A DNA stretch of 64,000 bases from Bugula neritina (lineage: Eukaryota; Animalia; Bryozoa), in NCBI GenBank assembly GCA_964035545.1, contig OZ037766.1, positions 19,022,767 to 19,086,766 of the forward strand, written 5' to 3'. Positions 1-16,200 of the stretch are shown piece after piece; the first letter of the stretch is position 1; each line of letters starts with the position of its first letter. Below the pieces are notes generated by a model. The model made no database searches and was not told the origin of the DNA. It saw only the letters and a program-made list of their open reading frames with translations. The translations under genes and the position numbers were made by a program.

Positions 1-2644
1 ACTGAAGTACACTGTAAAATGTTGAAATACACGGCAACACATTAAAATATACTGCAACACACTGAAGTATACTGCAACATACTGAAATATACTCCAACAT
101 GCTGCAACATACTGAAATACACTGTAACATACTGCAACATACTGAAATACACTGTAACATACTAAAATACACTGCAACATTCTGCAACATACTTCAACAC
201 ACTGAAATACACCGTAACATAATGAAATACGCTGCAACACATTGAAATATACTGCAACACACTGAAATATACTGCAACACATCCAAGTACATCGTAATAT
301 ACGGACATGTACTATAACATACTGAAACATACTTAAACATACTGAAACAAAATGAAATTAACTGTAACACACTGATTAATACTGCAAAATGCTGAAATAT
401 ACTGTAACACAGTGAAGTATACTGCAAAATTTTGAAACATACTGTAACATACTGAAACATGAGCAACATACTGAAAAATGCCTCAACATACTCAAATACA
501 CTGCAAGAAACTGCAACATACGTAAATACACTGTAACATACTGACATACACTGCAACATACTGCAACATACTGAAGTCCACTGTGAAATATTGAAATACA
601 CTGCAACACATTGGAATATACTGGAACACACTGAACTATACTGCAACATACTGAAATATACTGCAACATACTGCAACATACTGAAATACACTGTAACATA
701 CTGTAACATACTGAAATACACTGCAACAAACTGCAACATACTGAAGAACACTGTAAAATATTGAAATACACTGCAACACATCGGAATATACTTCAACACA
801 CTGAAATATACTAAAACATGTTGAAATATACTGCAACACACTGCAACATACTGAAATACACTGGAACAAACTGAAATACACTGCAACGCATTGGAATATA
901 CTGCAACATTCCCTGATTTATTGTAATATACTGAAATACACTGCAACATAACGAGGTATATCGAAATATACGGACATGTACTGTAACATACTGAAATATA
1001 CTGCAACATACTGCAACATACTGAAATACACTGTAACATACTGCAACATACCTAAATACACTGTAACATACTAAAATACACTGCAACATTCTGCAACATA
1101 CTTCAACATACTGAAATACACTGAAACATAATGAAGTACACTGCAACACACTGAAATATACTGCAACATTCCCTGATTTATTGTAATATACTGAAATACA
1201 CTGCAACATACCGCAACATACTAAATTACACTGTTACAAACTGAAATACACTGCAACACATTGGTATATACTGCAACATACCCAAATATATGGTATTATA
1301 CTGAAATATACTGAAATACACTGCAACACATTGAAAAATACTGCAACACACTGAAAGACACTACAACTGACTGAAGTATAGTGTAATATACGGAAATGTA
1401 CTGTAACATACTGATACTTACTGTAACACACTGAATCATACTGCAACATACTGCAATACACTGTAACATACCGAAACAAACTGCAACATGCTGCAACATA
1501 CTGAAATACACTGTAACATACTAAAACACACTGCAACATTCTGCAACATACTCCAACGTACTGAAATACACTGTAACATAATGAATTACACTGCAAAATA
1601 CTGAAACATACTGAAGTACACTGTAAAATGTTGAAATACACGGCAACACATTAAAATATACTGCAACACACTGAAGTATACTGCAACATACTGAAATATA
1701 CTCCAACATGCTGCAACATACTGAAATACACTGTAACATACTGTAACATACTGAAATACACTGCAACAAACTGCAACATACTGGAGTACACTGTACATAT
1801 TGAAAGACACTGCAACACACTGAAATACACTGCAACACACTGAAATATACTGCAAAAAACTGAAATACACTTCAACATACTTCAGCATACTGAAAGACAC
1901 TACAACTAACTGAAGTATAGTGTATTATACGGAAATGTACTGTAACATACTGATATTTACTGCAACACACTGAAATATACTGCAAGATACTGAAATACTC
2001 TGTAACATGCCAAAATAAACTGCAACATACTGCAACATACTGAAATACACTGTAACATACTAAAATACACTGCAACATTCTGCAACATACTTCAACATAC
2101 TGAAATACACTGAAACATAATGAAGTACACTGCAACACAATGAAATATACTGCAACACACTGAAATATACTGCAACACATCCAAGTACATCGTAATATAC
2201 GGACATGTACTATAACATACTGAAACATACTTAAACATACTGAAACAAAATGAAATTAACTGTAACACACTGATTATTACTGCAAAATGCTGAAATATAC
2301 TGTAACACAGTGAAGTATACTGCAAAATTCTGAAACATACTGTAACATACTTAAACATGAGCAATATACTGAAAAATGCCTCAACATACTCAAATAAACT
2401 ACAAGAAACTGCAACATACGTAATTACATTGTAACATAGTGAGATACATTGCAACATACAGCAACATACTGAAGTACACTGTAAAATATTGAAATACACT
2501 GCAACACATTGGAATATACTGCAACACACAGAACTATACTGCAACATACTGAAATATACTGCAACATACTGCAACATACTGAAATACACTGTAACATACT
2601 GTAACATACTGAAATACACTGCAACAAACTACAACATACTGAAG

Positions 2645-5600
2645 TACACTGTAAATTATTGAAATACACTGCAACACATTGGAATATACTGCAACACACT
2701 GATATGTACTGCAACATACTGAAATATACTTCAACATACTGCAGCATACTGAAAGACACTACAACTAACGGAAGTATAGTGTAATATACGGAAATGTACT
2801 GTAACATACTGATATTTACTGCAACACACTGAAATATACTGCAACATACTGAAATACACTGTAACATGCCAAAATAAACTGCAACATACTGCAACATACT
2901 GAAATACACTGTAACATACTAAAACACACTGCAAAATTCTGCAACATACTTCAACATACTGAAATGCACTGTAACATAATGAAATACACTGCAACACATT
3001 GAAATATACTGCAACACATTGAAATATATTGCAACACATCCAAGTACATCGTAATATACGGACATGTACTGTAACATACTGAAATATACTGAAATACACT
3101 ACAACACATTGAAAAATACTGCAACATACTGAAAGACACTACAACTGACTGAAGTATAGTGTAATATACGGAAATGTACTGTAACATACTGATACTTACT
3201 GTAACACACTGAATCATACTGCAACATACTGCAATACACTGTAACATACCGAAACAAACTGCAACATGCTGCAACATACTAAAACACACTGCAACATTCT
3301 GCAACATACTCCAACGTACTGAAATACACTGTAACATAATGAATTACACTGCAAAATACTGCAACATACTGAAGTACACTGTAAAAATGTTGAAATACAC
3401 GGCAACACATTAAAATATACTGCAACACACTGAAGTATACTGCAACATACTGAAATATACTCCAACATGCTGCAACATACTGAAATACACTGTAACATAC
3501 TGCAACTTACTGAAATACACTGTAACATACTAAAATACACTGCAACATTCTGCAACATACTTCAACACACTGAAATACCCCGTAACATAATGAAATACAC
3601 TGCAACACATTGAAATATACTGCAACACACTGAAATATACTGCAACACATCAAAGTACATCGTAATATACGGACATGTACTGTAACATACTGAAACACAC
3701 TGAAACATACTGAAACATACTGGAACATACTTCAACACACTGAAATATAGTAAAACATACTGAAATATACTGCAACATACTGCAACATACTGAAATACAC
3801 TGTAACAAACTGAAATACACTGCAACACATTGAAATATACTGCAACAAACTGAAATATACTGCAACATACTGAAGCTTACTGCAACATACTAAAATACAC
3901 TGCAACATATCGAAGTATATCGTAATATACGGACATGTACTGTAACATACTGAAACACACTGAAACATACTGAAACATACTGAAACATACTTCAACACAC
4001 TGAAATACACTAAAACATACTGAAATATACTGCAACATACTGCAACATACTGAAATACACTGTAACAAACTGAAATACACTGCAACACATTGAAATATGA
4101 TGCACCATACCCTATCATATTGTAATTTACTGAAATATACTGCAACGTACCGCAACATACTGAAATACACTGTAACAAACTGGAATACACTGTAACACAT
4201 TGGTTAATACTGCAACATACCCAAATGTATGGTAATATACTGAAATACACTGCAGCATTCTGCAACATACTTCAACATACTGAAATGTACTGCAACATAC
4301 TGAAACACACTGCAACATAACGAGGTATATCGAAATATACGGACATGTACTGTAACATACTGAAATATACTGCAACATACTGCAACATACTGAAATACAC
4401 TGTAACATACTGCAACATACCTAAATACACTGTAACATACTAAAATACACTGCAACATTCTGCAACATACTTCAACATACTGAAATACACTGAAACATAA
4501 TGAAGTACACTGCAACACACTGAAATATACTGCAACACATCCAAGTACATCGTAATATACGGACATGTACTATAACATACTGAAACATACTTAAACATAC
4601 TGAAACAAAATGAAATTAACTGTAACACACTGATTAATACTGCAAAATGCTGAAATATACTGTAACACAGTGAAGTATACTGCAAAATTCTGAAACATAC
4701 TGTAACATACTTAAAGATGAGCAATATACTGAAAAATGCCTCAACATACTCAAATAAACTACAAGAAACTGCAACATACGTAATTACATTGTAACATAGT
4801 GACATACATTGCAACATACTGCAACATACTGAAGTACACTGTAAAATATTGAAATACACTGCAACACATTGGAATATACTGCGACACACTGAACTATACT
4901 GCAACATACTGAATTATACTGCAACATACTGCAACATACTGAAATACACTGTAACATACTGTAACATACTGAAATACACTGCAACAAACTACAACATACT
5001 GAAGTACACTGTACATATTGAAAACACTGCAACACACTGAAATATACTGCAACACACTGAAATATACTGCAAAATACTGAAATATACTTCAACACACCGC
5101 AGCATCCTGAAAGACACTACAACTAACTGATGTACAGTGCAATATAGAGAAATGTACTGTAACATACTGATATTTACTGTAACACACTTAAATATACTGC
5201 AACATACTGAAATACACTGTAACATACCGAAATAAGCTGCAACATACTGCAACATACTGAAATACACTGCAACATACTAAAATACACTGCAACATACTAA
5301 AATACACTGCAACATTCTGCAACATACTTCAACATACTGAAATACACCGTAACATAATGAAATACACTGCAACACATTGAAGTATACTGCAACAAACTGA
5401 AATATACTGCAACATGTCCAAGTACATCGTAATATACGGACATGTACTGTAACGTACTGAAACATACTGAAACAAAATGAAATATACTGTTACACACTGA
5501 ATAATACTGCAAAATGCCGAAATAAACTGTAACACAGTGAAGTATACTGCAAAATTCTGAAATATACTGTAACATACTGAAATAGGCCTCAACATACTCA

Positions 5601-8600
5601 AATGTACTGCAAGATACTGCAACATACGTAAATACACTGTAACGTATTGAAATACACCGCAACATACTGCAACATACTGAAGTACACTGTACATATTGAA
5701 AAACACTGCAACACACTGAAATATACTGCAACAAACTGAAATATACTGCAAAAATACTGAAATATACTTCAATATACTGCAACATACTGAAAGACACTAC
5801 ACCTCACTGAAGTATAGTGCAATATACAGAAATGTACTGCAACATACTGAAATACACTATAACAAACCGAAATACGCTGCAACACATTGGAATATACTGC
5901 AACATTCCTTGGTATATTGTAATATACTGAAATATACTGCAACATACCGCAGCATACTAAAATACACTGTTACAAACTGAAATACACTGCAACACATTGG
6001 TATATACTGCAACAAACCCAAATATATGGTATTATACTGCAACATACTGAAAGACACTACAACTCACTGAAGTATAGTGGAATATACGGAAATGCACTGT
6101 AACATACTGATACTTACTGTAACACACTGAATCATACTGCAACATACTGCAATACACTGTAACATACCGAAACAAACTAAAATACACTGTAACATACTAA
6201 AATACACTGCAACATTATGCAACATACTCCAACGTACTGAAATACAGTGTAACATAATGAAATACACTGCAAAATACTGCAACATACTGAAGTACACTGT
6301 AAAATGTTGAAATACACTGCAACACATTAAAATATACTGCAACACACTGAAGTATACTACAACATACTGAAATATACTGCAACGTACTGCAACATACTGA
6401 AATACACTGTAGCATACTGCAACATACCTAAATACACTGTAACAAACTGAAATATACTGCAACATACTGAAATGTACTGCAACATACTGAAATACACTGC
6501 AACATATCGAAGTATATCGAAATATACGGATATGTGCTGTAACATACTGAAACATACTGAAACATACTGAAACATACTGAAATATACTGAAATACACAGC
6601 AACATACTGCAACATACTGAAGTACACTGTAACAAATTGAAGTACACTGCAACACATTGAAATATACCGCAACACACTGAAATATACTGCAACACATCCA
6701 AGTACATCGTAATATACGGACATGTACTGTAACATACTGAAACACACTGAAACATACTGAAACATACTGAAACATACTTCAACACACTGGAATATACTAA
6801 AACATACTGAAATATACTGCAACATACTGCAACATACTGAAATACACTGTAACAAACTGAAATACTCTGCAACATATTGGAATATACTGCAACATACCCT
6901 AATATATTGTAATATACTGCAACATACCGCAACATACTGAAATACACTGTAACAAAGTGAAATACACTGCAACACATTGGTATATACTGCAACATACCCA
7001 GATATATGGTAATATACTGAACTACACTGCAACATTCTGCAACATACTTCAACATACTGAAATGTACTGCAACACACTGAAATACACTGCAACATAACGA
7101 GGTATATCGAAATATACGGACATGTACTGTAACATACTGAAACACACTGAAACATACTGAAACATACCGAAACATACTGAGACGTACTGAAATACGCTGC
7201 AACATGCTGCAACATACTGAAGTACAGTGTAACATATTGAAATACACTGCAGCACCTTGAAATATACCGCAACACACTGAAATATACTGCAACACATCCA
7301 AGTACATCGTAATATACGGACATGTACTGTAACATACTGAAACATACTGAAACAAAATTAAATATACTGTTGCGCACTGAATAATACTGCAAAATGCCGA
7401 AATAAACTGTAACACAGTGAAGCATACTGCAAATTTCTGAAATATACTGCAACATACTGAAATAGGCCTCAACATACTCAAATATACTGCAAGATACTGC
7501 AACATACAGAAAAACATTGTAACATACTGAAATACACTGCAACATACTGCAACATACTGAAGTACACTGTAAAATATTGAAATACACTGCAACACATTGG
7601 AATATACTGCAACACACTGAAATGTACTGCAACAAACTGAAATATACTGCAAAAATACTGAAATATACTTCAATATACTGCAACATACTTGAAGACACTA
7701 CACCTCACTGAAGTATAGTGCAACATACTGCAACCTACTGCAACATACTGAAATACACTGTAACAAACTGAAATACACTGCAACACATTGGAATATACTG
7801 CAACATTCCCTGATATATTGTAATATACTGAAATACACTGCAACATACCGCAACATACTAAAATACACTGTTACAAACTGAAATACACTGCAACACACTG
7901 GTATATACTGCAACATACCCAAATATATGGTATTATACTGAAATATACTGAAATACACTGCAACACATTGAAAAACACTGCAACATACTGAAAGACACTA
8001 CAACTCACTGAAGGATAGTGTAATATACGGAAATGTACTGTAACATACTGAAATACACTGCAACATACTGCAACATACTGAAGTACACTGTCAAATATTG
8101 AAATACACTGCAACACATTGGAATATACTGCAACACACTGAAATGTACTGCAACACACTGAAATATACTGCAACATACTGCAACATACTGAAAAACACTG
8201 TAACATACTGTAACATACTGAAATACACTGCAAAAAACTGCAACATACTGATGTACACTGTACATATTGAAAAACACTGCAACACAATGAAATATACCTC
8301 AACACACTGAAATATACTAAAACATGTTGAAATATACTGCAACATACTGCAACCTACTGCAACATACTGAAATACACTGTAACAAACTGAAATACACTGC
8401 AACACATTGGAATATACTGCAACATTCCCTGATATATTGTAATATACTGAAATACACTGCAACATACCGCAACATACTAAAATACACTGTTACAAACTGA
8501 AATACACTGCAACACATTGGTATATACTGCAACATACCCAAATATATGGTATTATACTGAAATATACTGAAATACACTGCAACACATTGAAAAACACTGC

Positions 8601-11600
8601 AACATACTGAAAGACACTACAACTCACTGAAGGATAGTGTAATATACGGAAATGTACTGTAACATACTGATACTTACTGTAACACACTGAATCATACTGC
8701 AACATACTGCAATACACTGTAACATACCGAAACAAACTGCAACATACTGCAGCATACTGAAATACACTGTAACATACTGCAACATACTGAAATACACTGT
8801 AACAAACTGAAATACACTGCAACACATTGAAATATACTGCAACATACCCTATCATATTGTAATATACTGAAATATACTGCAACATACCGCAACATACTGA
8901 AATACACTGTAAGAAACTGAGATACACTGCAACACATTGGTATATACTGCAACATACCCAAATATATGGTAATATACTGAAATATACTGAAATACACTGT
9001 ATCACATTGGAAAATACTGCAACATACTGACAGACACTACAACTCACTGACGTATCGTGTAATATACGGAAACGTACTGTAACATACTGAAACACAATGC
9101 AACATAACGAGGTATATCGAAATATACGGACATGTACTGTAACATACTGAAACACGCTGAAACATACTGAAACATACCGAAACATACTGAGACGTACTGA
9201 AATACACTGCAACATGCTGCAACATACTGAAGTACAGTGTAACATATTGAACTACACTGCAACACATTGAAATATACCGCAACACACTGAAAAATACTGC
9301 AACACGTCCAAGTACATTGTAATATACGGACATGTACTGTAACATACTGAAACATACTGAAACAAAATTAAATATACTGTTGCGCACTGAATAATACTGC
9401 AAAATGCCGAAATAAACTGTAACACAGTGAAGTATACTGCAAATTTCTGAAATATACTGCACCATACTGAAATAGGCCTCAACATACTCAAATATACTGC
9501 AAGATACTTCAACATACGTAAAAACACTGTTACATACTGAAATACATTGCAACATACTGCAACATACTGAAGTACACTGTAAAATATTGGAATACACTGC
9601 AACACATTGGAATATACTGCAAGACACTGAAATGTACTGCAACATACTGAAATATACTGCAACATACTGCAACATACTGAAAAACACTGTAACATACTGT
9701 AACATACTGAAATACACTGCAAAAAACTGCAACATACTGAAGTACACTGTACATATTGAAAAACACTGCAACACAATGAAATATACCTCAACACACTGAA
9801 ATATACTAAAACATGTTGAAATTTACTGCAACATACTGCAACATACTGCAACATACTGAAATACACTGTAACAAACTGAAATACACTGCAACACATTGGA
9901 ATATACTGCAACATTCCCTGATATCTTGTAATATACTGAAATACACTGCAACATACCGCAAAATACTAAAATACACTGTTACAAACTGAAATACACTGCA
10001 ACACATTGGTATATACTGCAACATACCCAAATATATGGTATTATACTGAAATATACTGAAATACACTGCAACATATTGAAAAAATACTGCAACATACTGA
10101 AAGACACTACAACTCACTGAAGTATAGTGTAATATACGGAAATGTACTGTAACATACTGATACTTACTGTAACACACTGAATCATACTGCAACATACTGC
10201 AATACACTGTAACATACCGAAACAAACTGCAACATACTGCAACATACTGAAATACACTGTAACATACTAACACACACTGCAACATTCTGCAACATACTCC
10301 AACGTACTGAAATACACTGTGACATAATGAAATACACTGAAAAATACTGCAACATACTGAAGTACACTGTAAAATGTTGAAATACACTGCAACACATTAA
10401 AATATACTGCAACACACTGAAGTATACTGCAACATACTGAAATATACTGCAACATACTGCAACATACTGAAATACACTGTAACATACTGTAAGATACTGA
10501 AATACACTGCAACAAACTGCAACATACTGGAGTATACTGTACATATTGGAAAACACTGCAACACACTGATATATACTGCAACACACTGAAATATACTGCA
10601 AAATACTGAAATATACTTCAACATACTGCAGCATACTGAAAGACACTACAACTAACTGAAGTATAGTGTAATATACGGAAATGTACTAAAACATACTGAT
10701 ATTTACTGCAACACACTGAAATATACTGCAACATACTGAAATACACTGTAACATGCCAAAATAAACTGCAACATACTGCAGCATACTGAAATACACTGTA
10801 ACATACCAAAATACACTGCAACATTCTGCAACATACTTCAACATACTGAAATGCACTGTAACATAATGAAATACACTGCCACACCTTGAAATATACTGCA
10901 ACACACTGAAATATACTGCAACACATCCAAGTACATCGTAATATACGCACATGTACTGTAACATACTGAAACATACTGAAACAAAATGAAATAAACTGTA
11001 ACACACTGAGTAATACTGCAAAATACTGAAATATACTGTAACACAGTGAAGTATACTGCAAAATTCTGAAACATACTGTAACATACTGAAACATGAGCAA
11101 TATACTGAAAAATGCCTCAACATACTCATGTAAACTAAAAGAAACTGCAACATACGTAATTACATTGTAACATAGTGACATACATTGCAACATACTGCAA
11201 CATACTGAAGTACACTGTAAAATATTGAAATACACTGCAACACATTGGAATATACTGCAACACACTGAACTATACTGCAACATACTGCAACATACTGAAA
11301 TACACTGTAACATACTGTAACATACTGAAATACACTGCAACAAACTGCAACATACTGAAGTACACTATACATATTGAAAACACTGCAACACACTGAAATA
11401 TACTGCAACACACTGAAATATACTGCAAAACACTGAAGTATACTTCAACACACTGCAGCATACCGAAAGACACTACAACTAACTGAAGTATAGTGCAATA
11501 TACAGAAATGTACTGTAACATACTGATATTTACTGTAACACACTTAAATATACTGCAACATACTGAAATACACTGTAACATACCGATATAAGCTGCAACA

Positions 11601-13275
11601 TACTGAAATACACTGCAACATACCAAAATACACTGCAACATTCTGCAACATACTTCAACATACTGAAATACACCGTAACATAATGAAATACACTGCAACA
11701 CATTGAAATATACTGCAACAAACTGAAATGTACTGCAACATACTGAAGTTTACTGTAACATACTGAAATACACTGCAACATATCGAAGTATATCGTAATA
11801 TACGGACATGTACTGTAACATACTGAAACATACTTAAACATACTTCAACACACTGAAATATACTAAAACATACTGAAATATACTGCAACATACTGCAACA
11901 TACTGAAATACACTGCAACAAACTGGAATACACTGCAACACATTGAAATATACTGCAACATACCCTATCATATCGTAATATACTGAAATATACTGCAACA
12001 TACCGCAACATACTGAAATACACTGTAACAAACTGAAATACACTGCAACACATTGGTATATACTGCAACATCCCCAAATATATGGTAATATACTGAAATA
12101 CACTGCAGGATTCTGCAGGATACTTCAACATACTGAAATGTACTGCAACATACTGAAACACACTGCAACATACCGAGGTATATCGAAATATACGGACATG
12201 TACTGTAACATACTGAAATATACTGCAACATACTGCAACATACTGAAATACACTGTAACATACTGCAACATACCTAAGTACACTGTAACATACTAAAATA
12301 CACTGCAACATTCTGCAACATACTTCAACATACTGAAATACACTGAAACATAATGAAGTACACTGCAACACAATGAAATATACTGCAACACACTGAAATA
12401 TACTGCAACACATCCAAGTACATCGTAATATACGGACATGTACTATAACATACTGCAACACACTGAAGTATACTACAACATACTGAAATATACTGCAACA
12501 TACTGCAACATACTGAAATACACTGTAGCATACTGCAACATACCTAAATACACTGTAACAAACTGAAATATACTGCAACATACTGAAATGTACTGCAACA
12601 TACTGAAATACACTGCAACATATCGAAGTATACCGAAATATACGGATATGTACTGTAACATACTGAAACATACTGAAACATACTGAAACATACTGAAATA
12701 TACTGAAATACACAGCAACATACTGCAACATACTGAAGTACACTGTAACATATTGAAGTACACTGCAACACATTGAAATATACCGCAACACACTGAAATA
12801 TACTGCAACACATCCAAGTACATCGTAATATACGGACATGTACTGTAACATACTGAAACACACTGAAACATACTGAAACATACTGAAACATACTTCAACA
12901 CACTGGAATATACTAAAACATACTGAAATATACTGCAACATACTGCAACATACTGAAATACACTGTAACAAACTGAAATACTCTGCAACATATTGGAATA
13001 TACTGCAACATACCCTAATATATTGTAATATACTGCAACATACCGCAACATACTGAAATACACTGTAACAAAGTGAAATACACTGCAACACATTGGTATA
13101 TACTGCAACATACCCAGATATATGGTAATATACTGAAATACACTGCAACATTCTGCAACATACTTCAACATACTGAAATGTACTGCAACACACTGAAATA
13201 CACTGCAACATAACGAGGTATATCGAAATATACGGACATGTACTGTAACATACTGAAACACACTGAAACATACTG
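2645..13275 (+). repeat. Large segmental duplication, copy 1 (~10.6 kb)
   Basis: Matching ORFs recur at offsets 15412 (2731/18143), 15411 (3732/19143, 5297/20708, 6428/21839), 15509 (7871/23380, 9037/24546, 10182/25691) and 15519 (11160/26679, 12473/27992). The start motif ctgtaaattattgaaa is at 2649 and 18061. Confidence 0.92.
7720..8660 (+). repeat. Local duplication with 619-bp offset (more complete counterpart at ~22970-24170)
   Basis: ORF pairs 7698/8317, 7871/8490 and 8005/8624, and 23207/23826 and 23380/23999, all differ by 619. Shared markers are caacctactg and attccctgatatattg. Confidence 0.85.
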
Positions 13276-16200
13276 AGACGTACTGAAATACGCTGCAACA
13301 TGCTGCAACATACTGAAGTACAGTGTAACATATTGAAATACACTGCAGCACCTTGAAATATACCGCAACACACTGAAATATACTGCAACACATCCAAGTA
13401 CATCGTAATATACGGACATGTACTGTAACATACTGAAACATACTGAAACAAAATTAAATATACTGTTGCGCACTGAATAATACTGCAAAATGCCGAAATA
13501 AACTGTAACACAGTGAAGCACACTGCAAATTTCTGAAATATACTGCAACATACTGAAATAGGCCTCAACATACTCAAATATACTGCAAGATACTGCAACA
13601 TACGTAAAAACACTGTAACATACTGAAATACACTGCCACATACTGCAACATACTGAAGTACACTGTAAAATATTGAAATACACTGCAACACATTGGAATA
13701 TACTGCAACACACTGAAATGTACTGCAACACACTGAAATATACTGCAACATACTGCAACATACTGAAAAACACTGTAACATACTGAAATACACTGCAACA
13801 CACTGGTATATACTGCAACATACCCAAATATATGGTATTATACTGAAATATACTGAAATACACTGCAACACATTGAAAAACACTGCAACATACTGAAAGA
13901 CACTACAACTCACTGAAGGATAGTGTAATATACGGAAATGTACTGTAACATACTGATACTTACTGTAACACACTGAATCATACTGCAACATACTGAAATA
14001 CACTGTAACATACTGCAGCATACTGAAATACACTGTAACAAACTGAAATACACTGCAACACATTGAAATATACTGCAACATACCCTATCATAATGTAATA
14101 TACTGAAATATACTGCAACATACCGCAACATACTGAAATACACTGTAAGAAACTGAAATACACTGCAACACATTGGTATATACTGCAACATACCCAAATA
14201 TATGGTATTATACTGAAATATACTGAAATACACTGTATCACATTGGAAAATACTGCAACATACTGACAGACACTACAACTCACTGACGTATCGTGTAATA
14301 TACGGAAACGTACTGTAACATGCTGAAACACAATGCAACATAACGAGGTATATCGAAATATACGGACATGTACTGTAACATACTGAAACACACTGTAACA
14401 TACTGTAACATACTGAAATACACTGCAACAAACTGCAACATACTGAAGTACACTATACATATTGAAAACACTGCAACACACTTAAATATACTGCAACACA
14501 CTGAAATATACTGCAAAATACTGAAGTATACTTCAACACACTGCAGCATACTGAAAGACACTACAACTAACTGAAGTATAGTGCAATATACAGAAATGTA
14601 CTGTAACATACTGATATTTACTGTAACACACTTAAATATACTGCAACATACTGAAATACACTGTAACATACCGATATAAGCTGCAACATACTGAAGTACA
14701 CTGCAACATACCAAAATACACTGCAACATTCTGCAACATACTTCAACATACTGAAATACACCGTAACATAATGAAATACACTGCAACACATTGAAATATA
14801 CTGCAACAAACTGAAATGTACTGCAACATACTGAAGTTTACTGTAACATACTGAAATACACTGCAACATATCGAAGTATGTCGTAATATACGGACATGTA
14901 CTGTAACATACTGAAACATACTTAAACATACTTCAACACACTGAAATATACTAAAACATACTGAAATATACTGCAACATACTGCAACATACTGAAATACA
15001 CTGCAACAAACTGAAATACACTGCAACACATTGAAATATACTGCAACATACCCTATCATATCGTAATATACTGAAATATACTGCAACATACCGCAACATA
15101 CTGAAATACACTGTAACAAACTGAAATACACTGCAACACATTGGTATATACTGCAACATCCCCAAATATATGGTAATATACTGAAATACACTGCAGGATT
15201 CTGCAGGATACTTCAACATACTGAAATGTACTGCAACATACTGAAACACACTGCAACATACCGAGGTATATCGAAATATACGGACATGTACTGTAACATA
15301 CTGAAATATACTGCAACATACTGCAACATACTGAAATACACTGTAACATACTGCAACATACCTAAGTACACTGTAACATACTAAAATACACTGCAACATT
15401 CTGCAACATACTTCAACATACTGAAATACACTGAAACATAATGAAGTACACTGCAACACAATGAAATATACTGCAACACACTGAAATATACTGCAACACA
15501 TCCAAGTACATCGTAATATACGGACATGTACTATAACATACTGCAACACACTGAAGTATACTACAACATACTGAAATATACTGCAACATACTGCAACATA
15601 CTGAAATACACTGTAGCATACTGCAACATACCTAAATACACTGTAACAAACTGAAATATACTGCAACATACTGAAATGTACTGCAACATACTGAAATACA
15701 CTGCAACATATCGAAGTATACCGAAATATACGGATATGTACTGTAACATACTGAAACATACTGAAACATACTGAAACATACTGAAATATACTGAAATACA
15801 CAGCAACATACTGCAACATACTGAAGTACACTGTAACATATTGAAGTACACTGCAACACATTGAAATATACCGCAACACACTGAAATATACTGCAACACA
15901 TCCAAGTACATCGTAATATACGGACATGTACTGTAACATACTGAAACACACTGAAACATACTGAAACATACTGAAACATACTTCAACACACTGGAATATA
16001 CTAAAACATACTGAAATATACTGCAACATACTGCAACATACTGAAATACACTGTAACAAACTGAAATACTCTGCAACATATTGGAATATACTGCAACATA
16101 CCCTAATATATTGTAATATACTGCAACATACCGCAACATACTGAAATACACTGTAACAAAGTGAAATACACTGCAACACATTGGTATATACTGCAACATA

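Noticed and set aside
303-312. GGACATGTAC and AAACATGTTG resembling p53 half-sites (RRRCWWGYYY)
   Set aside because: Each has a mismatch, adjacent decamers lack the essential CWWG core, and such matches are expected by chance from AACAT-containing monomers.
691-710. Similarity of TGTAACATAC to the Drosophila prod satellite AATAACATAG (7/10)
   Set aside because: It involves only one minor variant of a short AT-rich decamer, which is insufficient to infer homology or organism.
3381-3390. +1 phase shift at gtaaaaatgt
   Set aside because: It is one extra A in a homopolymer relative to other copies (e.g. ctgtaaaatg at 18791), so a trivial slippage or sequencing error.
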